DNA from: a virus
DNA: 64,000 bases
Strand: one strand, 5' to 3'
Virus record (IMG/VR): IMGVR_UViG_3300035703_000061
Span: 1 to 64,000 of that record
In this document: piece after piece, positions 1-9,023 of the stretch
Layout: each line of letters begins with the position of its first letter
Position numbering within the stretch: the first letter of the stretch is position 1
Translations under genes and position numbers: made by a program
Notes under the pieces: model-generated
The model's input: only the letters and a program-made list of their open reading frames with translations
What the model was told of the DNA's origin: nothing
The model's database searches: none

Positions 1-30
1 GCTCAGACGTTGTGAGATTGGGAAAATCTG

Positions 31-306
31 TCATTCCAAGGAAGCCACTGCTTTACAACCAAATCCCGAGGGTTGATATTCGCCATACATAATGACAAAC
101 ATCTTCTCAGGATTTTCAGCCTTGTTAATAAGACTGTCGCCAGGAAGCGGCCAGTCGTTGATCACCCTCACATCAGTGGGTTCTTCAAGAAATTCAGGAT
201 CGTATTTTTCAGAAATTACGCCTTCCTCCCATAGGATCTTCACTTCCGTGTCGGGATGCTCAAGAAGAAACTCTTCGCAAGCAAGTTTAAGCCGAGAAAC
301 CTTCAT
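31..306 (-). CDS. hypothetical protein
   Basis: 91-aa acidic ORF overlapping the end of the upstream minus-strand ORF. Confidence 0.6.
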   Translation of the reverse strand: MKVSRLKLACEEFLLEHPDTEVKILWEEGVISEKYDPEFLEEPTDVRVINDWPLPGDSLINKAENPEKMFVIMYGEYQPSGFGCKAVASLE

Positions 307-532
307 AGTCTTCGATGGGGGCAGAGGGAACAGCTTGGTCTTCTACCAAGGAGAATGCGCCATCAGAAAGAACTGCATTGCCTTCCCAGGCGGGAGTAAC
401 GCGAATGAGGCGTTCAACAGTCTCGCTGAGGCTAAGCCTTGCATCATGGGCGATGTTTTTGAGATGAGAATAGGCAGTGTCAGTGATCGTGAAGTGGCGG
501 CTTTTCTTCGGCTCGCCGTGGTCAATGGTCAT
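287..532 (-). CDS. small DNA-binding protein, ribbon-helix-helix/CopG-like
   Basis: KKSRHFTITDTAYSHLKNIAHDARLSLSETVERLIR fits a beta-helix-helix pattern; start taken at ATG 532; TTGACG-N16-TATATT promoter at 650-623. Confidence 0.6.
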   Translation of the reverse strand: MTIDHGEPKKSRHFTITDTAYSHLKNIAHDARLSLSETVERLIRVTPAWEGNAVLSDGAFSLVEDQAVPSAPIEDYEGFSA

Positions 533-733
533 AAAACAGAGGGGCGAGAAGATAACCAATGCTGAAACCGATGATGGCGGCCAGCAAGAACTCCATGGTT
601 TTGCCTTGCGAGGGACATGGCCAATATAGCCGGCATGGCCAGCGCGTCAAGGCTTGAAACTAAATCTTGTGTGAAGAATTGTGAATGCGCTGCAGGAACA
701 GGATTTTGGTGCTAGAACACCCCCATCTCACCA

Positions 734-2797
734 TTGCCCATGGCTTTTTCCATTCTCGAACACCTCGCCAAACTGGAACCGAGCGACCATGCAGGCAAAT
801 ACATCTGCCCTGCATGCGGTGGCAATGATTTGTCTGTGAACGAAAAGAATGGAGCATATAACTGCTTCAATGATGACAGCCCAAAACATCGCGCAGAAAT
901 TCGTAACATTCTTGCCCCTTTAGAACGCTGGGAACGTCCCATGCGCGAAGCAAGACGCTATTCGTTCCCCTATCAAAACCGCAATCGCGAAGACGTGATC
1001 ATCGTCACGCGAGATGATAGCTCTGGGAAGAAGAGCATTTCTCAGGACTATCCCACGGCAAATAATGCCAATGGGAAGCGTTCTGAAATTGTTAAGCAAT
1101 TGCGAAAGAATGTTCTTCCATATCGTTATTACGATGCCATTGAAGCATCAGCAGCTTCAGGCCTCCCCATCTTCATTGTTGAAGGCGAACTCACTGCCGA
1201 TAGGCTTTGGGAAATTGGCCTGCCCTCTAGTACGTTTCTTGGCGGCAGCGGACAATATCGCGCCAACGGTGATTATTCCCAACTGTTTCGTGGGCAAAAA
1301 GTAGTTCTTTGTCCTGATCGTGACGAGCCTGGCGTGGCTCTCATGAAGGAAGTTGCTGCAGACAATCCAAATGCACAATGGTGCTATGCCGAACCGAGCA
1401 GCTTTGAATGGGACAATCTGCCTCAGAAAGGAGGCTATGACTTAGCTGATTGGCTAGATGATGGTGCAGATCAAGATGCCATTCTTTCTTCCATTGTTTC
1501 AAAGGACCGTCATGAAGGCAAAGATGGGCTTCCTTCATACGAGGAAATCATTGGCACATTCGAGCGCATGGTTGGTCTCTACAACAATGATGCTCGCATT
1601 GCCTATGAAGCTCGCCAGTGGATGGACGCGCATGGCGTCAAGCTAAATTCACAAGAAATTGACAAGCTGCTTTCTGAAGCGCGTGGTCGCGTGCATGGTA
1701 AAGAGGAAATGGAAATCCTCGATGCAAAAGCCATTGCACAGTCTGAAGACTCAAGGAAGTGGACCATCGCTGGCATTCTTCCTGAAAGTAGCGTAATGCT
1801 GCTTGCTGCAGCCCCTGGTAGCGGCAAGAGCACTATTGTTTACAACTGGGCTCTGCACGTTGCCACTGGCAAAGATTGGAGCAATCGTCGTTGCAAGAAA
1901 GGGAAAGTGCTCATCATTCAATGCGACGAGCCTGTTGTTGATGCTGCAGAAAAGCTGCAAATCATTGGCTACGACGATGACGCCCTAGGAAATGGTCAAA
2001 TTGATTTCATTGATCGCTGGCGATTTAGCAACATTCCCCAGCTCCTTTCTTACGTGCAGCGCCATCAGCCACAACTCATCATGATTGATAGTCTCACTTC
2101 ATGCTTAGCCGGCATGGACGTAGACCTTATTCGCTCTGATGCTGGCAACTGTATTTATGAACTGCGCGACATTGCCAATCAATACGGTTGCTCAATTGTC
2201 ATCCTTCACCACTTGAACAAAAGTGGTGGCATTCGTGACAGCTCCAGCTTTGAAGCCAACGTTAGTGAAGTGGTCAAGCTTTATCGCACTGATAATAATC
2301 CTGACTCAACGCAGTTCATGATGGAATGGACGAAAAGCAGGAGTGGCTTGGCTGGTAAGCATTTCATGCAGCGTGATCCTGCCACTTATGGATGGTATTA
2401 CAAGGGTCCTGCAGTGGGTGGCAATGAAAGCATGGACAATCTTATTAACATGCTCAATTCCCGCAAGCACGAACGCTTTGACAGGAAAGGTGCTGCTCAC
2501 GCTGCTGGAGCATGGGACGATGTGAGCATCGGACGCCTGTTGGAAGTGGCGCGTCGTCAAGGTTTGATTGACACCAGCTTCATTGTTGGTCCCAATGGCG
2601 AGCGCACCAGGATGTATCAAAGCTGGGCCTATGAAGCTCCTGACATTGATTTTCAGGCAACGCCAACTTTCACGGAAGTTGAAAATCAGGCAGGCGATGA
2701 AAGTCTCGCCCCTATTCCAGTAGCGGCTGAGGATTTTGTACCATGTCAAGCCAATGAAAGTCTTCCTTTGCAGGAAGACAATGACGATTGGTTCTGA
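734..2797 (+). CDS. DNA primase-helicase (Zn finger + Toprim + RepA/AAA_25-type SF4 helicase)
   Basis: CPACGG...CF zinc ribbon, IVEGE and PDRD Toprim motifs, Walker A APGSGKS, Walker B IMIDS, ILHH motif, acidic tail. Confidence 0.9.
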   Translation: MPMAFSILEHLAKLEPSDHAGKYICPACGGNDLSVNEKNGAYNCFNDDSPKHRAEIRNILAPLERWERPMREARRYSFPYQNRNREDVIIVTRDDSSGKKSISQDYPTANNANGKRSEIVKQLRKNVLPYRYYDAIEASAASGLPIFIVEGELTADRLWEIGLPSSTFLGGSGQYRANGDYSQLFRGQKVVLCPDRDEPGVALMKEVAADNPNAQWCYAEPSSFEWDNLPQKGGYDLADWLDDGADQDAILSSIVSKDRHEGKDGLPSYEEIIGTFERMVGLYNNDARIAYEARQWMDAHGVKLNSQEIDKLLSEARGRVHGKEEMEILDAKAIAQSEDSRKWTIAGILPESSVMLLAAAPGSGKSTIVYNWALHVATGKDWSNRRCKKGKVLIIQCDEPVVDAAEKLQIIGYDDDALGNGQIDFIDRWRFSNIPQLLSYVQRHQPQLIMIDSLTSCLAGMDVDLIRSDAGNCIYELRDIANQYGCSIVILHHLNKSGGIRDSSSFEANVSEVVKLYRTDNNPDSTQFMMEWTKSRSGLAGKHFMQRDPATYGWYYKGPAVGGNESMDNLINMLNSRKHERFDRKGAAHAAGAWDDVSIGRLLEVARRQGLIDTSFIVGPNGERTRMYQSWAYEAPDIDFQATPTFTEVENQAGDESLAPIPVAAEDFVPCQANESLPLQEDNDDWF

Positions 2798-2909
2798 CTG
2801 TCTCGCAATAGGAGGGAGGCTTTAGCGCGGCCTCCCCGCTGCCTACCGTAGCGAGCAGCTTTTTCAATCATAAAGCTTTTTCAAGGTTCTTAAAATTTGT
2901 GAAGAATGA

Positions 2910-2931
2910 AAAGGGGCCATCAGGCCCCTTT
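2910..2931. terminator. bidirectional intrinsic terminator
   Basis: AAAGGGGCC-ATCA-GGCCCCTTT between convergent genes. Confidence 0.7.
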
Positions 2932-2939
2932 GCTTTGCC

Positions 2940-3098
2940 TTATTTGCGTTTGCCTTTAAAACGCTGAGCGTCTATGAGCTTTTGAAATTCCTGTTCTTCT
3001 TTGCCTTTGCCGTAAAGCCAAGCTTTAGTGCTCTGACCAGGCTTGGGACCATTCTGTGGCAGCTTGACGATTTTGTAATCCTTGAATTCGTCGTTCAT
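2940..3098 (-). CDS. hypothetical 52-aa protein (not in ORF track)
   Basis: Translated by hand: MNDEFKDYKIVKLPQNGPKPGQSTKAWLYG...RK*; ends at the terminator. Confidence 0.6.
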   Translation of the reverse strand: MNDEFKDYKIVKLPQNGPKPGQSTKAWLYGKGKEEQEFQKLIDAQRFKGKRK

Positions 3099-3388
3099 AG
3101 TTCAGTTGGCGACAGAGGGGGCAATGCAGTTGTGGAATGAGATGAGGATCGCTGTACTTGTGTTTGACCAGCCATTCGGTGATGGCGTCCTTGTCCATGG
3201 GGAAAAGGAGAGGCAGTGTCATCATGCCGCCGATCAACGCCATCCCTGCTTGCCTTGTGCCAGCGCAAAAAGCTGCACAAATCTGCTTGATTTTGCAATA
3301 AACTCCCTTTACCCTCACCACTGGTCTAGCCAGTTAAACCCATCACAGCGATGGCTCCTTAACTTGCAGGCATGGCCAGCCAGAGCAA

Positions 3389-3513
3389 GCGTAGCCCCCA
3401 AGGGCGAAGCGCTTCGATCATCAGGCCAAGATTCCCTAAAAAGAATAGGCCAAACGAGACCTCAAGCCTCCGCAATGCCGCTCAAGCCAGAGTGGAGCCC
3501 CCAAGGGCGGAAC
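3389..3513 (+). repeat. two copies of a GNA/GNA internal-loop hairpin element with CTCAAGC boxes
   Basis: GC-GTA-GCCC-CCAA-GGGC-GAA-GC (3389-3410) and GT-GGA-GCCC-CCAA-GGGC-GGA-AC (3492-3513); CTCAAGCC at 3461 and 3481. Confidence 0.8.
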
Positions 3514-3587
3514 GTTCCAGACGAAAGGCAAACAAGCCTTCAAACAAAAAGAACGTTACTAACATTGCAAAGGAATCTTCCTAAACA

Positions 3588-3824
3588 ATGCTTCTCCCGC
3601 CTAAGCCAGTAGATAAGCTTCCATTGCTGGAGCACAATGGGGCAGAAATTCTGCCTATTGTTCATCACGGTTTTTCTAAGCCAAGCAAAGGGCCGCAACC
3701 AGCGGCCCGTACGCTTTATGGAGCCCGTGATAGCAATGGCGAACGCCATTGGCGAGGAAGCCTGCATGAAATCCAACAATTGATTGATAGTGGTTTCGCA
3801 GTGCAGGAGCAAATCAATGCGTGA
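3588..3824 (+). CDS. hypothetical protein
   Basis: 78-aa ORF, first of a run of coupled small + strand genes. Confidence 0.7.
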   Translation: MLLPPKPVDKLPLLEHNGAEILPIVHHGFSKPSKGPQPAARTLYGARDSNGERHWRGSLHEIQQLIDSGFAVQEQINA

Positions 3825-4032
3825 ATTTTGCACCAATCCAAAAGATTGCATGGCTCTTGCTTACGAGCGTGAAGCTGAGCATGAAATGGACGCTCGTGGA
3901 CTAGATGCTGCCTATGCAGAAATTGTCGATAGCTTCCACAAAGAAATGGAAGAATTCGTCCGCAAGTATTGCCCGAAAAAGCTAAATGAATTCGATGACT
4001 TACTAGAAAAAGCTTTCTGGCAGTATCATTGA
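3817..4032 (+). CDS. hypothetical protein
   Basis: ATG overlaps the previous gene end; acidic helical protein. Confidence 0.65.
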   Translation: MREFCTNPKDCMALAYEREAEHEMDARGLDAAYAEIVDSFHKEMEEFVRKYCPKKLNEFDDLLEKAFWQYH

Positions 4033-4035
4033 ACC

Positions 4036-4209
4036 ATGGTTAAATCAGGCGGCGATCTTCAACGTCTTATTGACGATGCCATTCGTCGCCATGAAATCAG
4101 AGTGGCAATAACGAGCGGCGCTTTAGGCGCCGCTCTTCTGCTAGGAACGTTTCACGCAATTGCATTGCTTCGTCATGAATTACACTCCCTCGCCATTGTC
4201 GCAAGCTGA
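4036..4209 (+). CDS. small putative membrane protein (not in ORF track)
   Basis: Translated by hand: MVKSGGDLQRLIDDAIRRHEIRVAITSGALGAALLLGTFHAIALL...; one hydrophobic segment. Confidence 0.55.
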   Translation: MVKSGGDLQRLIDDAIRRHEIRVAITSGALGAALLLGTFHAIALLRHELHSLAIVAS

Positions 4210-4345
4210 ATGGGAAGAGCTTTGCATGTTGAAACGAGCCATTGATGATGCTCCGGCCACTGTCGTGGCCTCGCGCATGGAGCGCTTCACAGAATTATTT
4301 GTTCGTACTCTCCATGGAAAGGGAGATACAATGAGGGGCTCATAG
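4175..4345 (+). CDS. hypothetical protein, cyanophage-type
   Basis: LSQAEWEELCMLKRAIDDAPATV...FTELFVR. Confidence 0.6.
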   Translation: MNYTPSPLSQAEWEELCMLKRAIDDAPATVVASRMERFTELFVRTLHGKGDTMRGS

Positions 4346-4387
4346 CCAAAAGCTTCGCTTACAATGCGAGAAGCAAAATAATAAAGA

Positions 4388-5143
4388 ATGCCTCGTCCTG
4401 AGATTGAGTTTGCTACGCCTGAAGAAGAAGAAGCTTATGCAAGAAATGCTTTAGCGAAGGCGGGAGTACCAATCACGCAATATGAAGCCATTCGAGAACA
4501 CAAATCACATGGCGGCAACCGTGGTGCCGGCATTTATACCAAAGAAATGCTTGGCGTTAGGCGATGGATGGTGCAAGAGCTTCTCGCCGCAAAAATGAGC
4601 AATCGTCAGATTGCGAATGTTCTAAAACTAAGCAAAGAAACAGTTAATGGTGATCGCCACTTCAATAGGGATCTCTATACGCAAGAAATTCTAAAGAATC
4701 AAGATACGCACAGAGCGCGTCTCTTAAAAGAACAAATGGAGCTAAAAGACTTAGCTCTTCGTAGCTTTGAAACCAGTAAGCGCAAGAAAACAGTGACCAT
4801 CATGGACGGAGGTGCCGATGGTGGGAAGGAGATGGTGAAGATCGAAGAAAGCGCTGGCGACGCATCGTTCCTTAACGTGGCCAAGAACTCCTTGGTGGAG
4901 CAAGCGAAACTGCTTGGTCTCAATGAAATTAAGCAAGTGGAGAACCAGGACACGTCCTACAGGAAGTTCCTGAAAGATTTGTCTTCCACTATTGAAAAAG
5001 AGAAGGAAGCCAAGGCTACGGAAGAGCGCAGGGGCAATTCTCTGCTTGCGTCCGCTGAGACCATTAGTTTCGATGCGGAGCCAGAAAATGAGCCACTTCC
5101 TGACGCCATGCCTTTACAAACAATTAACGAAGACGACTATTGA
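4388..5143 (+). CDS. probable terminase small subunit (HTH protein)
   Basis: HTH (MSNRQIANVLKLSKETVNGD), then helical hairpin and GDASFL...EQAKLLGL motif typical of HTH-type small terminases. Confidence 0.6.
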   Translation: MPRPEIEFATPEEEEAYARNALAKAGVPITQYEAIREHKSHGGNRGAGIYTKEMLGVRRWMVQELLAAKMSNRQIANVLKLSKETVNGDRHFNRDLYTQEILKNQDTHRARLLKEQMELKDLALRSFETSKRKKTVTIMDGGADGGKEMVKIEESAGDASFLNVAKNSLVEQAKLLGLNEIKQVENQDTSYRKFLKDLSSTIEKEKEAKATEERRGNSLLASAETISFDAEPENEPLPDAMPLQTINEDDY

Positions 5144-5168
5144 CAATGGTCCCTTGCGGGACCATTAT
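5140..5168 (+). promoter_or_regulatory. sigma70-type promoter with a palindrome filling the spacer
   Basis: TTGACA-N17-CATTAT; AATGGTCCC-TTGC-GGGACCATT overlaps it. Confidence 0.6.
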
Positions 5169-5191
5169 GAGCCCATCTCCTCTTCCTTCTA

Positions 5192-5617
5192 TTGGACGCT
5201 TTCGATTCCGTTGATCAGTTTCTCCGCCAGGCAGTAGCTGCCAAGGACGGCAAGCGGCATGCCATTGGCGCTTCACTTTCGCCTCATCTGCAAGACAATG
5301 GCACCGTAGGCGTTCCTCCCAAACTGGCTGGCACCATTGAAGCCATGCTGCAGAAGCATGGTGATGAAGCCTACCGGCAAATTGCGCTGTTCTGCCTGGG
5401 TAAATGGTTTGAACTTCACATTGGCATGTTCGAGGAGCTGATTAGCGAGGAGCCCAGCATGGCCTGTAGCTGCCTAATGGACTCCACTCGCATTGCAGAC
5501 TCCCTCCATCTCCTGTCGGAAATCAATAGCATTGGAGGCGACGGCGGATGGCGCACAATGCTTGAGGAAACGCTCAGTCAGCACATTCTTGAAGAGCTTG
5601 AGGAGGAACGTTGGTAA
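5192..5617 (+). CDS. hypothetical protein
   Basis: 141-aa ORF, TTG start. Confidence 0.7.
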   Translation: MDAFDSVDQFLRQAVAAKDGKRHAIGASLSPHLQDNGTVGVPPKLAGTIEAMLQKHGDEAYRQIALFCLGKWFELHIGMFEELISEEPSMACSCLMDSTRIADSLHLLSEINSIGGDGGWRTMLEETLSQHILEELEEERW

Positions 5618-5787
5618 TGGCTTCCACTTGTCGCACTTTTCTCATCACTACTTATGAAGGGAAGAAAATCGCCCTCGGGGCGATTTCCGCAAAACAAGCT
5701 GAACACTTTATGCTTGCAATGCGTCCTGACGTGAAGATTGCAATGATTGAGGAAATCCCTCCACTTCCTGAAAATCCTAGACTTTGA
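5617..5787 (+). CDS. hypothetical 56-aa protein (not in ORF track)
   Basis: TAATG coupling; MASTCRTFLITTYEGKKIALGAISAKQAEHF... Confidence 0.6.
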   Translation: MASTCRTFLITTYEGKKIALGAISAKQAEHFMLAMRPDVKIAMIEEIPPLPENPRL

Positions 5788-5956
5788 ACTTTTCCTTTCA
5801 TTGCACTGACGCCACTGGCCACCTTCGTGTTGGAGCATTTTATTTCCAATGGAGAAACACTTTTATCCTTGGCACTATGTACGACGGCTTTGGTGAAAGC
5901 CTTTTAATTGTTGGCCCTCAACCTTTCCGTTTCGGACATTACCGTTTCGTTTAATT

Positions 5957-6379
5957 ATGGACCTTCAGCTCTCTTTTATGGAAGAGCATTCTCTTTCTCG
6001 CATGGTTCACATTTGTATTCCTCCGCAATTGCAAGAAGAAGCACGAGCCTTGGCCATGGAAAATCCTCCCATTCATCCTGCATGGCGAAAGGCTCAAGCC
6101 AGAGGAAAGCATTTCGTGATTGCCACTAATGAGCTTGACGACATCACAGAGCTTGCAGACTTTGCTCGCACCAACATTGAAGAGCCTGAAGGGCCAATGA
6201 GCAAGCCAAAGCGCCAGGCCTATCAAATTCTGTTGGACAGGGCATTCAGGCATGCAGAGCTGGAGCCTATGGGTTCCTGCCATGCCATTGCTACCAAATG
6301 GCGAGACAAGCCTTTGCCGATCACCAAGAACCTGAGCATCGCCACTCAGGCCTTGCGTAAGCCATCGCGGGCTTTATGA
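5957..6379 (+). CDS. hypothetical protein
   Basis: 140-aa ORF. Confidence 0.7.
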   Translation: MDLQLSFMEEHSLSRMVHICIPPQLQEEARALAMENPPIHPAWRKAQARGKHFVIATNELDDITELADFARTNIEEPEGPMSKPKRQAYQILLDRAFRHAELEPMGSCHAIATKWRDKPLPITKNLSIATQALRKPSRAL

Positions 6380-6436
6380 ACAAATGTTACAGCATCAGAA
6401 CGCCCCCCTTGATGGGGGCCTTTTTAATGGCACACT

Positions 6437-6814
6437 ATGCACATGCGACGGCGAACGTCGCTAGTCCTCTGCTTTACCATCGTGACCGTTTCGTTCAACC
6501 ACACGCTTCAAGACCAGCCCATCTGTGCCTTCAAGGATGGAGAATTGGCAATGTTTTTCGGCCAGCCCATGGTAACGCGCAGTTTCTCTATGGCAGATCT
6601 GCAGGAATACATTTGCACCATTGAAAAGGCCATTGATGAAGAGCCTAATCTTGTGCAGCAGATGGCTCTTAACCGCATTCGATGCGCCTTTGTTGTGAGC
6701 CTAGAAATGCTTAAAGAGAATCACGAAGAGCTTTGCAATGAAGCCCCCACTGGCGCTGATTTTGAAGAATATCTCATGAACTACAACAATGCAATTAAAG
6801 GAGGCAAGCTGTGA
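6437..6814 (+). CDS. hypothetical protein
   Basis: ORF after hairpin 6404-6426; true start may be downstream. Confidence 0.65.
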   Translation: MHMRRRTSLVLCFTIVTVSFNHTLQDQPICAFKDGELAMFFGQPMVTRSFSMADLQEYICTIEKAIDEEPNLVQQMALNRIRCAFVVSLEMLKENHEELCNEAPTGADFEEYLMNYNNAIKGGKL

Positions 6815-6990
6815 CATCTACTCCCAAAGATAGGCTCACTGACGCTATTTTTGAATACTTTGATAATGACAATGGTGACCAGCTCATTAAAGATCTCGCG
6901 GAATTATTGGCGCAAGATCGGGATCATCATCTTAGGAAATTTCGCGCTCTCGCTCATGCCTACGAACAACTCTTTGGCCAGTCATTCTGA
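6811..6990 (+). CDS. hypothetical 59-aa protein (not in ORF track)
   Basis: GTGA coupling with GGAGG upstream; MTSTPKDRLTDAIFEYFDND... Confidence 0.6.
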   Translation: MTSTPKDRLTDAIFEYFDNDNGDQLIKDLAELLAQDRDHHLRKFRALAHAYEQLFGQSF

Positions 6991-7159
6991 GCCTTTTGAT
7001 TATGACCATGATAAGCGAACAGTGATGCAGCTTGCAACGGCTAAGCTTGAGCGGAGGCTCCAGTATTGGCGCGAGAAAGAGCAGGAGGAAATCCTCAAGC
7101 GCTATCGTCTCATCACTTCTATTTAACTCAGTGCCAAGTTCTACACACTTCTCTTTCTC

Positions 7160-7489
7160 ATGACTGACAACAACCATCCGATTACTCCGCCACCTGAGCT
7201 GGTGCGACAATGGTGGGATGGCACTCACGGTGCCTTCTACGAGTTTGAAGCAGTCGTCACTCAAGCCGCCCGCTGGGGCGCTGACCAGGAGTTGGATGCG
7301 TGCTGTGACCATTTGAAACGCTCATGGTCTCCAACCGTCACTATTGACAACCTCCGCGCCGCCAGGCGCCCCAAGCCGCCAAATTTGAAAGAGCTGGCGC
7401 TGGAAGCTTTGAATAAAATTGAGGACAACAAAGCAACTTACCTTGACTCTTCTATTGTCCGCCGTGCACTGGAGCAACTCAATGATTGA
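7160..7489 (+). CDS. hypothetical protein, cyanophage 'HPITPPPELV' family
   Basis: HPITPPPELVRQW...AARWGADQELDACC...LRAARRPKPP motif set. Confidence 0.75.
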   Translation: MTDNNHPITPPPELVRQWWDGTHGAFYEFEAVVTQAARWGADQELDACCDHLKRSWSPTVTIDNLRAARRPKPPNLKELALEALNKIEDNKATYLDSSIVRRALEQLND

Positions 7490-7509
7490 CAACAACCATC
7501 CGATCAATG

Positions 7510-7761
7510 TCTGATCAACTAATGACTAAACAACTTTCACCCGCTGCTCAATCCGTCCTTGATGCTTTCTTTGCCGGCGATTGGCAAGATGAACCACTGC
7601 ACTCAAACCTCGCCGCCGCTCTTCGTGCTGCTGCGGATCAAGTGGTGCCAAGAACTCCGCCACCTAAGTTTGCTCCTCATTACGAAGAGGGTATTTGGGA
7701 CGGTAAAGATGACGCTAGGAGCCAGCTCCTAGCTATTGCCTCCGAACTGGAAGCCCAGTAG
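7510..7761 (+). CDS. hypothetical protein, cyanophage 'LSPAAQAVL' family
   Basis: LSPAAQSVLDA...LAAALRAAADQVVP...LLAIASELE. Confidence 0.75.
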   Translation, partial: SDQLMTKQLSPAAQSVLDAFFAGDWQDEPLHSNLAAALRAAADQVVPRTPPPKFAPHYEEGIWDGKDDARSQLLAIASELEAQ

Positions 7762-7773
7762 TCACACCCTCTT

Positions 7774-8035
7774 ATATCTAAACTCCCACCCACTGCTCAA
7801 GCGGTAATCAACGCGGCCATGAAGGATGCTTACGGGCGACCTTCAACTTATTTCTATTCTCGACTGGCTACCGCCTTTCGCGCTGCTGTCGATGAAGTGG
7901 CTCCAGAAAAAAACCATTGAAGACATCGACTACGTGCATCAAAACTACGTTGATGGGTATAGGGATGCTCTTTACGAGATCCTAATTATTGCTAATGAGC
8001 TTGAACTTGTAAGCATTTCCGACACGTTGCATTGA
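7774..8035 (+). pseudogene. disrupted paralogue of the preceding gene
   Basis: ATA in place of ATG, then SKLPPTAQAVINAA...LATAFRAAVDEVAP; similarity continues in another frame after the A7 run at 7907-7913 (...ILIIANELE). Confidence 0.7.
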
Positions 8036-8163
8036 CGTGTTAAACATTCCGGAATTTCCGGACAGTTAAGCCAAGCCTCAGCTAGCGAGCCTTCGCCTAG
8101 CATTTGTTTAATTATCAGGATTTCTAATAAACGCTATTTATTGGGATTCTTGATAAAGCCCTA

Positions 8164-8322
8164 TTACGGGGCTTTTTTCTTTGCCCACGTAGCGTCACCA
8201 GGCAATGGTTCAAGGCCTACATTCCACGTATCAAAATCATCTTCATTACGCGGATCGTACATTTCTCCACTTGCCATCCATCGCTTAAGCCTTTCTTTTT
8301 CCTGCTCTACAGAAAGCTTCAT
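8164..8322 (-). CDS. hypothetical 52-aa protein (not in ORF track)
   Basis: Translated by hand: MKLSVEQEKERLKRWMASGEMYDPRNEDDFDTW...; TATGCT -10 at 8348-8343. Confidence 0.6.
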   Translation of the reverse strand: MKLSVEQEKERLKRWMASGEMYDPRNEDDFDTWNVGLEPLPGDATWAKKKAP

Positions 8323-8351
8323 AACAATCTCCTAGCCCTTTAAGCATAGGC

Positions 8352-8561
8352 AAAAGAAAGGGGGCCTAAAGCCCCCTTTCTCTTGTGACTTCCGATGAGA
8401 CCTTTGCTCTCAAAGCTTCTAGAGAGGGTGATGCGCCTCGCAGGAGACCATGCAAAACTCCTTGGCTAGATCGTTCGATCTTCGCCCGCATCACCAGCCC
8501 CGTCCACCCTTACGGCTCGCCCGGAGACGAGAGCAGCAATTAAGCCGCTAGGACCAACCAC
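8352..8561 (-). ncRNA. putative stand-alone structured ncRNA (~210 nt), family unknown
   Basis: Extended -10 TGnTATGAT (8576-8568), nested stems with cUCCGg and GUAA tetraloops, 5'/3' closing stem, terminator 8382-8352, no credible ORF. Confidence 0.7.
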
Positions 8562-8675
8562 TGCAAAATCATAACACCTTGTGGCTTGCTCGGCACTAAG
8601 CGCTCATTTCATGGCACAATGGGCATTGCCTTGTCGGAGACGGCATGGCCCTCGCTAGTTCTTTCGTACTAATTG

Positions 8676-9023
8676 ATGAAACGTCTTTTTCTTTCTCTTC
8701 TGCTGCTTTGCCCCTTACAAGCGCAAGCAGCTCTTGAATGTGGCTATGCCTCGCATTATGGCGTGGGGGATTTTTACCATGGCAGGCGCACTGCCAGCGG
8801 CTCCACGTTCGATGCTTATTCCCTTACTGCTGCTCATCCCTGGCTTCCATTTGGCACGCGACTGCGTGTGAAGAACCGTAACAATGGAAAGTCAGTGACA
8901 GTGACAGTCGTTGATCGCGGCCCATACTACGGAGGCCGAATCTTGGATTTGTCCTACGGCAGCTTCTCTCGTATTGCTTCCCCTTCTCAAGGCGAAGCTT
9001 CCATCTGCATCTCAAGACTATGA
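8676..9023 (+). CDS. rlpA: RlpA-family (DPBB) lytic transglycosylase-like protein with signal peptide
   Basis: ASHYG...GRRTASG...TAAHPWLPFGT...VVDRGPY...ILDLS motifs; N-terminal signal peptide. Confidence 0.9.
   Translation: MKRLFLSLLLLCPLQAQAALECGYASHYGVGDFYHGRRTASGSTFDAYSLTAAHPWLPFGTRLRVKNRNNGKSVTVTVVDRGPYYGGRILDLSYGSFSRIASPSQGEASICISRL

Noticed and set aside
3372-3584. 70-aa basic ORF
   Set aside because: It coincides with the hairpin element and has low-complexity composition; more likely non-coding, though not excluded.
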